From Octopus bimaculoides (taxonomy: Eukaryota): a DNA stretch of 64,000 nucleotides. A program made the position numbers and the translations under genes. The first letter of the stretch is position 1; each line of letters starts with the position of its first letter. The notes under the pieces are model-generated. The model was not told where the DNA came from. It was given only the letters and a program-made list of their open reading frames with translations, and ran no database searches. Below are positions 52,953 to 64,000 of this stretch, piece by piece. Location: positions 136,219,248 to 136,283,247 of the forward strand of contig NC_068984.1 in assembly GCF_001194135.2 (NCBI RefSeq), written 5' to 3'.

Positions 52953-55250
52953 CTGTCATCATTATTATTTGCCCTGACCGTGTATAATATGTGTGATGTC
53001 TTTTATTTCACTAAAGGGAGTTTGTTAATAGTTTGCACTTTTAGGGATGTGTTATTTTTACTTCTTCTATAACCTCTTATTTTGAAACAAACCACGGCCT
53101 CTGAAATTCTATTGGCTCCATTACTTCTTCGTCCATTACTTTCGAGGTTTATAAGTAAGCTTATGCATATGAAAGAAATGAAAATGAATTGTATTACAGG
53201 CAGAGTTAGAACCGTCGCTCAACAGGATTATTTCCGTCCTTCTGTTAACGATTATTCGATACGAAAAAGAAGAAAATCTCTTTTTTCTTACGCTATAGAC
53301 TACATAGCCGAGCTGTATTAAGACTTCTCGGTAGTGGTCAATGTTATTTTTAATAGATATCAATATTGTATTAAACGTGCAGAAAACCACAAATATATGA
53401 AGAATGGTAGAAAGAACACGAGGCCGTTGCTACTTCATAACAGACCAACATTACAGATTTAGTTAAGGGAGATACTAGCATTTATACTACAAAATTTAGC
53501 ATCCAATACTTTTAGATATCACAAACACTAATATTGTTCTCCTGTGAATAAAAGCCATTCCATATACCTCTAAATAGAAATAAAGACGTCAACTCGTTCT
53601 TTAATTTTTAATTGAATTTGTGTTTTTTTGTTTTTCTGTTTTTCTTTTCTTTTATTAGATTCTTGATTCCGATTTCAATTTTAGACAATAATGACAGCCA
53701 ATTTGGTGTCGTGGAATTTCTGTCAGAAATTGGAATAAAATTACATTATCTTTGTCTTCGTTTTTATTAAGTACGTACATGTTTATGTGTTTATATGTTT
53801 CTGTGTCCGGCTTTGCGTGTAACTGCCAGTGTATTAGTTTGTTTTTGTTCTCGGAATTTTATTGTAGCAAATGAATTCTTTTGGAAACTTTGTTCATTTC
53901 ACGACAGTTTTGTCACATTTTTACATTGCAAATAATTTCGAACTGATCCATTTAATCAACCTTCTCCCGTATCAATGTTATAAAAGATTAAATGCAACTA
54001 AAGCGTTAACTGAAGGAAATAGAGATTCGATTGAAAGGAAATAAAGACAAAATGGGAAAGTGACATTGGTCTGAAAACCTAACAAAAGAGCTCTTATAAA
54101 ATATGTTTAAAAATGCCAAATAGTATAAAATAAATGGAGAAGAATGATATAAAAAACTGAAACATGCTGAATGCAGATATTGAAATAGAAGTGGTGAACG
54201 TAGAGTAAATTACGGTCGAAGGGAAGAATGAAGCTGTACCAGTGTAAATCAAAAAGAAATAACAATTTCTGCAGACGTGAAAAATAAGGTTTAGCTGTAT
54301 CGGGAGGTTTAAGCATATCAAAGCAAGCTATTCTAAAAAAAATAGGAAGAATTATAATGAAAGAGAAAAATAAGTGTTGTTTGTTACAGCAAAAACACGA
54401 AACTAAAAAGAAATGGAACATTCAATCTACTGTCTGTGACTGAAGAGGAACGGACTTAGTTCAAAGTTTGTAGTGATTCGGAGAATGTATTATAAGACTA
54501 GAGAGGTTGAGGTAAAGAACTATGTCATACATATATGTATGAAGAAGCCATGTAAATAAATTGAAGTGCTACACTAGGAACAGCCAAGGAAATAAGGTCA
54601 CAGTTCTTTTGTGCGTACGCAAAACAGACTCCCAAACACACAAAGCATATACACATAATTAACGGCGAGACTGACACCATGAGAAAAAGCTGAATAGGAG
54701 TAACTGTTTGTGTGCTACTTAATGAGAGCCGATAAATGTCGAAGAGTTCACTGACGTTTCGAGCTTAGTTTCTTCTTCAGAAATTTAGATGGAGAGAAGG
54801 AAAACGTGCAGAGGAAAGAGATTACAAACGGGAAGAAGGTAGGAATATGCATATTTCCAGCTCGATCCCGCTTGATATTGAGGTAGGGGTACAATACATA
54901 TGTTTATGTGTGTGTGTGTGTGTGTTGATATATATATATATATATACATATATATNNNNNNNNNNNNNNNNNNNNNNNNNNNNNNNNNNNNNNNNNNNNN
55001 NNNNNNNNNNNNNNNNNNNNNNNNNNNNNNNNNNNNNNNNNNNNNNNNNNNNNNNNNNNNNNNNNNNNNNNNNNNNNNNNNNNNNNNNNNNNNNNNNNNN
55101 NNNNNNNNNNNNNNNNNNNNNNNNNNNNNNNNNNNNNNNNNNNNNNNNNNNNNNNNNNNNNNNNNNNNNNNNNNNNNNNNNNNNNNNNNNNNNNNNNNNN
55201 NNNNNNNNNNNNNNNNNNNNNNNNNNNNNNNNNNNNNNATATATATATAT

Positions 55251-55282
<32 letters not shown>

Positions 55283-55794
55283 GGCGGTCCCTTTCAGTTT
55301 CTGTCCAGCAAATCCACACATTCCGGTCATGCGATGATATAATTAAAAAAATCTAATGGCCAAGCTGGGAAGCGAACGTGATACCACATAGTACCAGGAT
55401 TTATATAAATACTCAAAATACTGCAATTACTGATTATATATGTCACTTTTAGTTTTTATGAGTACGAACTGTTAGAGTCAATATGGCGTCAGACAAAATT
55501 TCTTGTGTAACATAGTTGCCATACTTGATATTCTGCATTTGCATCCAGCTTTTTATCCTTCCAGGTATGGGAAATTGAAGTGCCAGTCAAGTATGGGAAT
55601 CAATATAATCGATTGTTTTCTCACCAAAATTTAAGTTGTGTGTCTATGTTAGAAATCAATATATTAGAAAACAAAGAAAAAAGCAACAAAACAATAACAC
55701 ATTATGCACGTACGTAGCGAAGTTGAGTTGGATTGTGCTCGATTCTTCATCGAAAGTCTGTAATACAAATAAGACAACATAGGTAGTAATAATA

Positions 55795-56024
55795 ACAACG
55801 GTTTCAAATTTTGGCGCATGGCCAGAAGATTCGAGGGAGACGGTAAATCGATTACATCGACCTTAGTGTTCAACAACTATTGTTTTTCATCGACTCCAAA
55901 TGCACGAAAGACAAAGTCGATTTCGGCGGAATTTGAATTCAGAAATGTAAAGACGGGCGAATCCCGAAAGGTAAAGACGCTAAGCGTTTTGTCAGGCATG
56001 CCTGGCGTTCTGTCAACTAGCTAC

Positions 56025-56097
<73 letters not shown>

Positions 56098-56453
56098 TGG
56101 AAATAGAGATAACTCGAATGTGGAATCTAAAAACAGAAACAATTCCTATCATAGTAGGTGCCTTAGGTATAATAAAAAAATATTCACACAAATACATAAC
56201 AAAAACACCAGGACTTACAAATATATATAACATACAGAAAATTGCACTACTGGGTACTGCACACATTCTACGCAAAACACTTTCAATACAGTAAACATAA
56301 GAGCACCACAGCACATACCCAAGGCGCACAGAGCTGNNNNNNNNNNNNNNNNNNNNNNNNNNNNNNNNNNNNNNNNNNNNNNNNNNNNNNNNNNNNNNNN
56401 NNNNNNNNNNNNNNNNNNNNNNNNNNNNNNNNNNNNNNNNNNNNNNTAGCTAC

Positions 56454-56518
<65 letters not shown>

Positions 56519-57425
56519 TCCTTTCTACTAAAGGCACAAAGCCTGAAGTTTTGGGGGAGGAGGCTACTTGAAACATCGTCATCAGTTTTCTATTGGTACT
56601 TATTTTATCGACTCCGATTGCATGAAAGGCAAAGTCGACTTCAGCGGAATTTGAATTGCGGACGAAACACCACTAAGCATTTTGTAGGTGTTTTGTAGTA
56701 TTTGTCGCGCCTCTTTAGTTTTGTCCGATGTTTTTAAGATTCTGCCTATACACTGGAATAAAATTATTTGTGATTGAGACTCAAGATCAGGAATTTTTTG
56801 TGGTGGGTAGTAGTCGATAAATGCGACTCCAGTAATTGAGTAATTACTTTATTTTATTGAGCAATGAGGAATCAAAGGTGAAGTTGACCTCTGCAATATT
56901 TGAACACAGAATGTGGAGAGCCGGAACAAATATTTCTAGTCAGGTTTGTTAACATTTTTAAGAATACTTCTAAGCCATCATAATTATAGTAATAGCAACA
57001 GTTTTCAAATTTTAGCAGGATGCCAGATATTTTAGGGGTGGGGTACGTCGATTATACTGCACCAACACTCACCCCCGTCCTCGACTCGAACATATTTTAG
57101 CGATCCAGAAAGGATGAAAGGCAAAGCTAAGCTCACGGGAATTTGAATTGTAAACGTAAAAAGCCGGACAAAATGCTACAATGCATCATATCCGACCTGC
57201 TAACGTTTCTGCCAATTCGCTGTCTTCTTAATGATAATAATGTTTTTCAGAAAAGTGGGTAAGTCGATTACATTGCCTGACAGTATTAAACTAGTATTCA
57301 TTTTATCAACTATAAAAGGATAAAATTTAAAATTGGCCCCGCCGGAATTTGAATTCAGAACGTAAAGAGCCGAAAGAAATGCTTCTGATCCTTTTGTTCG
57401 ACGCACTACCGATTCTGCCAGATCA
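55795..57425 (-). mobile_element. Array of about five same-orientation SINE family B copies, with a Dong LINE in an intervening (TAA)n
   Basis: The family B core AAAG(T/G)..GAC..CGG.ATTTGAA recurs at ~55915, 56630, 56880, 57120 and 57330. Confidence 0.75.
56097..56336 (+). mobile_element. Young R4/Dong-type LINE 3' fragment, family 1, inside (TAA)n
   Basis: MEIEITRMWNLKTETIPIIVGALG..LLGTAHILRKTLSIQ* (RLE C-terminus) follows (AAT)n directly and runs into a gap. Confidence 0.9.
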
Positions 57426-57439
57426 TCGTTTTAATGTTG

Positions 57440-57826
57440 TTGACACTCCGTCGCTTACGACGACAAGGGTTCCAGTTGATCCGATCAACGTAACAGCCTG
57501 CTCGTGAAATTAACGTGAAAGTGGCTGAGCACTCCACAGACACGTGTAGCCTTAACGTAGTTCTCGTGTGGATGGGGGGATATTCAACGTGACACAGGAT
57601 GTGACAAGGCTGACCCTTTGAATTAGAGGCACAACAGAAACAGGAAGTAAGAGTGAGAGAAAGTTGTGGTGAAAGAGTACAGCGGGGTTCACCAACATCC
57701 CCTGCTGGAGCCTCGTGGAACTTTAGGTGTTTTCGCTCAATAAACACTCACAACACCCGGTCTGGGAATCGAAACCGCGATCCTATGATCGCGAGTCTGC
57801 TGCCCTAACCACTGGGCCATTGCGCC
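57440..57826 (-). mobile_element. tRNA-derived SINE family C
   Basis: The minus-strand head GGCGCAATGGCCCAGTGGTTAGGGCAGCAGACTCGCGATC..GGTTTCGATTCCC has A- and B-box-like motifs. The body is shared with 58815-59125. Confidence 0.85.
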
Positions 57827-58814
57827 TTCCGTCTTAATGATACTAGTAATAACAGTAGTAATAATAAGGGTTGATGTTGTCGTTGTTCGTTGTTACTTAG
57901 GTGTTTGTCATGTTCATGATTTTCTCTGTCACGTGTAGTATCTTTTGAATGTTACGCGATGACTAAATTTGAGAAATAAAACTGCGATATTGATATTGTT
58001 CACTCCAGGCATACCACTTCCTTTAGCTAATCATTAAACGACACGAATTTAATTGACAAAAGTGTCATTCAATTACATGTCCTAGACTTTCACGAAACGA
58101 TGACGTAAGTTTGGAAAGTGCAAACGAATATATAAATCCATTAATTCTCTGATAATATTCGCCAATTTTAATTGGATTCTTTTTATTCGTCATCGCTAAA
58201 AGAAGAGTACCACTAGAACGCTTTAATTGAGTACGACACAAAATGATTCGAGAAATATTGTTTCTGATATTTAACATATGAATTTAAGTATCGCGAGGGC
58301 CAGCTTCGCTTTCATTTCTCCTGTGTTGAGTATATATTGTACTGTGTTCGTTATTGGGCATATGTTTCGCCCCAGGTTAAACTTAATTCGGTAAAGATAG
58401 CATCAAATACGATGCAGCTTTTATCCTTTTGTCTTACCTTCTATATACATATATAAAATGGCATTTTTTTAAAACAGTAGACCATGTTTGAGGGGAAATC
58501 GATCGTTATTTCAAGCAGAACGTTAGAAATTCCTAGACGCTTCCTTCTGTTTCGTTTGAATCAAATGAATTCAAACAAGGAACAAATTTATAACTTTTCA
58601 TCATACACATTTTTTTTTTTTTTGCTTTTGCGTTTGAGAGAAAATATTGTTATTATCACCTTAGCAACGACACCCTTAAGGTACAAAGTATGTGATTCTC
58701 AATACAAAGGACGTGCAGTAATTATTTACTGTGCTGGAATTTCGAGTTTAAGTGGCAGCGAAGCGATTCTACATTTTAGCCGTCCATGTGCATCAATGAA
58801 GGAGGGAAACTGGC

Positions 58815-59125
58815 AGAATCGTCACGAGTACGAGGGCCCTAGCTCATACGATCAACGGAACAGCTTGCTCTGGAAATTAACGTGCAAGTGGCTGAGCACT
58901 CTACAGACACGTGCGTACCCTTAATGTAGTTCTCCGAGAGATTCGACGTCACATAGAGTGTGACAAGGCTGGCTCTTTGAACTACGGGTACTACTCATTT
59001 TTGCCAGCTGAGTGGACTGGAGCAACGTGATATAAAGTGTCTTGCGCAAGGACACAACGCGTCGCCGAGAATTGAACTTACGATCGTGAGTCAAATGCCC
59101 TAAGCCACTAAACTGCGCGCATTCA
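58815..59125 (-). mobile_element. tRNA-derived SINE related to family C
   Basis: GATCAACGGAACAGCTTGCTC..GAAATTAACGTGCAAGTGGCTGAGCACTC..CAGACACGTG matches 57480-57560. The tRNA-like head lies at 59070-59125. Confidence 0.8.
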
Positions 59126-60140
59126 CCTATATATATATATATATATATNNNNNNNNNNNNNNNNNNNNNNNNNNNNNNNNNNNNNNNNNNNNNNNNNNNN
59201 NNNNNNNNNNNNNNNNNNNNNNNNNNNNNNNNNNNNNNNNNNNNNNNNNNNNNNNNNNNNNNNNNNNNNNNNNNNNNNNNNNNNNNNNNNNNNNNNNNNN
59301 NNNNNNNNNNNNNNNNNNNNNNNNNNNNNNNNNNNNNNNNNNNNNNNNNNNNNNNNNNNNNNNNNNNNNNNNNNNNNNNNNNNNNNNNNNNNNNNNNNNN
59401 NNNNNNNNNNNNNNNNNNNNNNNNNNNNNNNNNNNNNNNNNNNNNNNNNNNNNNNNNNNNNNNNNNNNNNNNNNNNNNNNNNNNNNNNNNNNNNNNNNNN
59501 NNNNNNNNNNNNNNNNNNNNNNNNNNNNNNNNNNNNNNNNNNNNNNNNNNNNNNNNNNNNNNNNNNNNNNNNNNNNNNNNNNNNNNNNNNNNNNNNNNNN
59601 NNNNNNNNNNNNNNNNNNNNNNNNNNNNNNNNNNNNNNNNNNNNNNNNNNNNNNNNNNNNNNNNNNNNNNNNNNNNNNNNNNNNNNNNNNNNNNNNNNNN
59701 NNNNNNNNNNNNNNNNNNNNNNNNNNNNNNNNNNNNNNNNNNNNNNNNNNNNNNNNNNNNNNNNNNNNNNNNNNNNNNNNNNNNNNNNNNNNNNNNNNNN
59801 NNNNNNNNNNNNNNNNNNNNNNNNNNNNNNNNNNNNNNNNNNNNNNNNNNNNNNNNNNNNNNNNNNNNNNNNNNNNNNNNNNNNNNNNNNNNNNNNNNNN
59901 NNNNNNNNNNNNNNNNNNNNNNNNNNNNNNNNNNNNNNNNNNNNNNNNNNNNNNNNNNNNNNNNNNNNNNNNNNNNNNNNNNNNNNNNNNNNNNNNNNNN
60001 NNNNNNNNNNNNNNNNNNNNNNNNNNNNNNNNNNNNNNNNNNNNNNNNNNNNNNNNNNNNNNNNNNNNNNNNNNNNNNNNNNNNNNNNNNNNNNNNNNNN
60101 NNNNNNNNNNNNNNNNNNNNNNNNNNNNNNNNNNNNNNNN

Positions 60141-60172
<32 letters not shown>

Positions 60173-61200
60173 CTATTTTGTGTTATAGGCAGCTTCGTCA
60201 TATTACATATTTAACGTATGTGTGCTGTAAAACGCTAGTAGTTGACATATTTCTTCTAACCGAGGCTGAATTAAAGACGTATAGTGATACAAAGCACTGT
60301 ATTACTAAAGAAGTAGCTGCTTTAAAATACCGGCGTTTCGCAGTTATTCCGGTCTTCAGTGTAACATGATCCTCAAACTTCGAAACGATACAGCAGCCAG
60401 CTATAAATATATGTATACAAATAAAAGTCTATTTTACTGATGTGAAAAAAGCATCACGCAAGTTGTATAAAATTCGAATTTTGGGTTATAAGCAGCTCAA
60501 TGATGTAAATATTATCAATATCAGATTTGAACACCCAGATTTGAAAGGCGTTTGATATGTGCCGTGCACGAAACTTCTGGCTGTTGAAATACATTATCTT
60601 ACTGTGTGCGTGTGTGTGTGTGCACGTGCGAGTATGTGTGTGTGCACGCGCGTGTTTGTGTATGTATGTGGGTGTGCATTATGGTTTCACCTTGGGCATC
60701 GTGATAATAATTACCATTCGTTATGCTTAGAATATAACTACAAGTGGATACAAAATGTAATGTTAATTTATGAATAAAAAATATCATGAGTTATGTAATC
60801 ACTTGCGTTAGCTCTTCCTGCGCTAAAGAGCACTACACTTAAAATAGGCTGCTTGTACAATATATTCACTATATTGTAGCTTCACCGAAGTTATTTACAT
60901 AAAGACCTCACGTAAATGTCTCTGTGGAAGCTATAAGATGCTGCACAAACACTCAGGGCTGAATGTAACGCTTCCCATAGAAGAAACGGTTGTAAGCCAA
61001 ACGAAGTTATTACATAACTCGTTTTGATTTTTCAATCATTTCGAACGATAAATAGATAGATAGATAGATAGATTAATCCTGTTTAATATAGATTTCACAT
61101 GAAAAAAAAAATGGTTGTCACAAAGATATTCTTACTTTCTCACTGTATCATGATGATATTATTACAGATGAACATTATACGGGAATTAAATATACAAAGA

Positions 61201-61273
<73 letters not shown>

Positions 61274-61859
61274 TCCTTTATTCTAAATATTGAAAATGTG
61301 ACATTAAGTCACGAATGGATGTTATTTTAGAAGCAATCAAATGCATTTCATGCACAATATCTGATAGTTTTCATCAAATTCGTTCCCACCATATCAATAT
61401 ATATTTTGGAATCATGTTAGTTTTTAATCTCAGAGGAATATTATGTCAACACTGCTTTCCTTCTGCAGCAAGATTCAATCGAATCCCCCCCACTTTTTTT
61501 TTTAATAATTTTTGTTGCTGCTTCGTAAGCTTATTTGCTGTGTTATTTAGTCGTTTTTGTGCCCCATTTTTGTGTAGGGTTTTTCTTTTTTCTTTTTCTC
61601 GTGTGCAATCCTCCGAGGGGAATACGACTAATATGTGGTTATAACATATAAGGAAGTATAGCTTAGATATTTATTTACGCTTAAAATTAAGATGCGCTAT
61701 ATCTTTCAATAATGATGACTGTTATCTAATCCCAGATTACCCCGATTTAGCTTATCTAAAAGCAAAGGCATTCTAGCCGCGACCACAATGCCTAAGACTT
61801 CATTATCCAGTGTATACTCTATTCTGTTTTGTTAACAGGACAAGTTTTGATGCATGGAG

Positions 61860-62030
61860 GTGATTGGCAGCATCATTAGCACATAAGGTAAAATGCAGCA
61901 TCTTTTCCGGGATTTTAGTTACTGAGTTCAAATCCGCCGAGATTAAATTTACTTTTCATTCCTTCGGGCCGATAAATATCAGTACTTCTCAAGTAATCGG
62001 TCCAATGAAATTACCTTGTCCCCTACAGTT
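61860..62030 (+). mobile_element. SINE family B (diverged)
   Basis: ACTGAGTTCAAATCCGCCGAGATTAAATTTACTTTTCATTCCTTCGGGCCGATAAATATCAGTAC. Confidence 0.75.
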
Positions 62031-62199
62031 CAGAGATGAGGAATTGTGTATATTATTTACATTATTTACATTCGACGGATATTTGTCTTCATCGTGTTTG
62101 TTGTTAACACAACGTTTCAGCTGATATACCCTCCAGCCTTCATCTGGTGTCTTGGGGTTAATTTCGAACCTGGGTTCTCATTCCTAAGGTATTTTTCGA

Positions 62200-62232
<33 letters not shown>

Positions 62233-62312
62233 CATTATTATTCACGTCACTGCCTTGAATCGAACTCGGAATCTTGGGGTTAGTAGCCCGCGCTCTTCAC
62301 CACTACGCCATT
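62030..62312 (-). mobile_element. SINE family E: tRNA-like head, internal (TAA)n linker, body ending TGTAAATAATGTAAATAAT
   Basis: The minus head is GGCGTAGTGGTGAAGAGCGCGGGCTACTAACCCCAAGATTCCGAGTTCGATTC, followed by (AAT)n. The body is the reverse complement of 63025-63175. Confidence 0.75.
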
Positions 62313-62917
62313 ATCNNNNNNNNNNNNNNNNNNNNNNNNNNNNNNNNNNNNNNNNNNNNNNNNNNNNNNNNNNNNNNNNNNNNNNNNNNNNNNNNNNNNN
62401 NNNNNNNNNNNNNNNNNNNNNNNNNNNNNNNNNNNNNNNNNNNNNNNNNNNNNNNNNNNNNNNNNNNNNNNNNNNNNNNNNNNNNNNNNNNNNNNNNNNN
62501 NNNNNNNNNNNNNNNNNNNNNNNNNNNNNNNNNNNNNNNNNNNNNNNNNNNNNNNNNNNNNNNNNNNNNNNNNNNNNNNNNNNNNNNNNNNNNNNNNNNN
62601 NNNNNNNNNNNNNNNNNNNNNNNNNNNNNNNNNNNNNNNNNNNNNNNNNNNNNNNNNNNNNNNNNNNNNNNNNNNNNNNNNNNNNNNNNNNNNNNNNNNN
62701 NNNNNNNNNNNNNNNNNNNNNNNNNNNNNNNNNNNNNNNNNNNNNNNNNNNNNNNNNNNNNNNNNNNNNNNNNNNNNNNNNNNNNNNNNNNNNNNNNNNN
62801 NNNNNNNNNNNNNNNNNNNNNNNNNNNNNNNNNNNNNNNNNNNNNNNNNNNNNNNNNNNNNNNNNNNNNNNNNNNNNNNNNNNNNNNNNNNNNNNNNNNN
62901 NNNNNNNNNNNNNNNNN

Positions 62918-63000
62918 AGCAAACCACAACACATACCCAAGGCCCACAGAGCTGCGCTCGGTAGTGAAGTGAAAGCACGTTATAAAAATAAAACTACTGA
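62918..63000 (+). mobile_element. 3'UTR end of R4/Dong family 1
   Basis: ACATACCCAAGGCCCACAGAGCTGCGCTCGGTAGTGAAGTGAAAGCACGTTATAAAAATAAAACTACTGA followed by (AAT)n matches the 3' end of the 51835 copy. Confidence 0.9.
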
Positions 63001-63175
63001 ACAATAATAATAATAATAATAATAATATCGAAAAATACCTTAGGAATGAGAACCCAGGTTCGAAATTTCCCCAAGACACCTGATGAAGGCTGGAGGGTAT
63101 ATCAGCCGAAACGTTGTGTTAACAACAAACAAGATGAAGACAACTATCCGTCAAATGTAAATAATGTAAATAATG
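63001..63175 (+). mobile_element. SINE family E linker and body; the head is replaced by a Dong 3' end or hidden in the gap
   Basis: (AAT)n-ATCGAAAAATACCTTAGGAATGAGAACCCAGGTTCGAAATT..CAGCCGAAACGTTGTGTTAACAAC. Confidence 0.8.
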
Positions 63176-63957
63176 TACTTCTCCCCTACGCTCCAAATTC
63201 CTGTTGTTGGACCGGTGTCTTGTTCAGAGAAATGTTGCGATCTCAATCGCTTATACACCATGTAAACCGAGTAAGAAGACTCATGAGTTCAAAATAATAA
63301 TTAAATACTTGTGTAAAGAACATTTGGCTGATATATTTAGCAAAACCAGTAACTAAACACCAAAGCTCTCCTTGGTCACTTCATTCTTACCATGAAATAA
63401 ATAAAAAGCACGGTTATTTCTAGAACGTTTTAAAGTATCTGAAGAACGGCATTTTATTGGTGATTTGTGAAACATTTGACTTGCGTTGGTTTTGAAAAAT
63501 TTGTAAAGGACGAAAGAATATTTGAGTAGAACTGATTGTTAGTTAAATAACAGGACTATAGGATACACTTTTGATAAAATTATGTAAGATTGTAAAATCG
63601 TGATTGAAACTTAATAAAAACTAGACGTATAGTTAAAGTAAATATAGAAGTTGCTTTAAGATATAATAATTAATCGAAAGCACGTTGTAAAAACAAGACA
63701 TATCATAACTACATGATTTATTGTATTATGGATTTTTCTAGTCTCAAAAATTCATGTTCCCAAGAGTAAATGTTATGTTCTCTGCAGGAGTAATTATTGG
63801 TTTAGATGGTAACTGCGCAATCAGATTCTTCCTGGTTTCACCCACGCATTCGTTCCAGCTCCGGACAGGTGTGTTCTGCCATAATCTAAGACTGACCTAA
63901 GACTTGACAACAATCTCATTTATTCTATCTCCCTCGTTCTCTCTCTCTCTCTCTCTC

Positions 63958-64000
<43 letters not shown>

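Noticed and set aside
53198-53321. Plus-strand terminal-exon-like ORF GRVRTVAQQDYFRPSV...AELY*
   Set aside because: A single acceptor, no homology recognised and no supporting upstream chain.
62240-62312. Possible tRNA genes (also 57760-57826 and 5816-5870)
   Set aside because: A/B boxes are present but the acceptor stems do not pair, and each is fused to a SINE linker or body. These are SINE heads.

Overview
This is AT-rich eukaryotic genomic DNA with many N gaps that mostly sit at microsatellites. It is not prokaryotic: I see no operons, rRNA, CRISPR array or long ORFs. The repeats and microsatellite density suggest an octopod cephalopod (Octopus-like) draft assembly. That is an inference from recognising repeat families, not a database result. 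The repeats are tRNA-derived SINEs (one with a CORE-like block), R4/Dong-type and RTE-type LINE remnants, a Tc1/mariner relic and MITEs. Most ORF-track entries are translations of microsatellites or gaps. I could not identify any named host gene. Splice signals suggest a minus-strand multi-exon gene between about 33.8 and 21.3 kb that may encode a single-pass membrane protein; this model is unverified. The most notable structures are: (1) three long fold-back elements, namely a 184-bp near-perfect palindrome at 2585-2768, a 247-bp TAA-flanked hairpin at 21876-22122, and a ~750-bp inverted repeat at 25012-25765; (2) a young R4/Dong LINE family whose copies all abut (TAA)n, including one apparently inside the (TAA)n linker of a SINE; (3) head-to-tail SINE arrays; and (4) two local template-switch-like rearrangements. 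Coordinates of degenerate repeats are approximate (about +/-20 bp).
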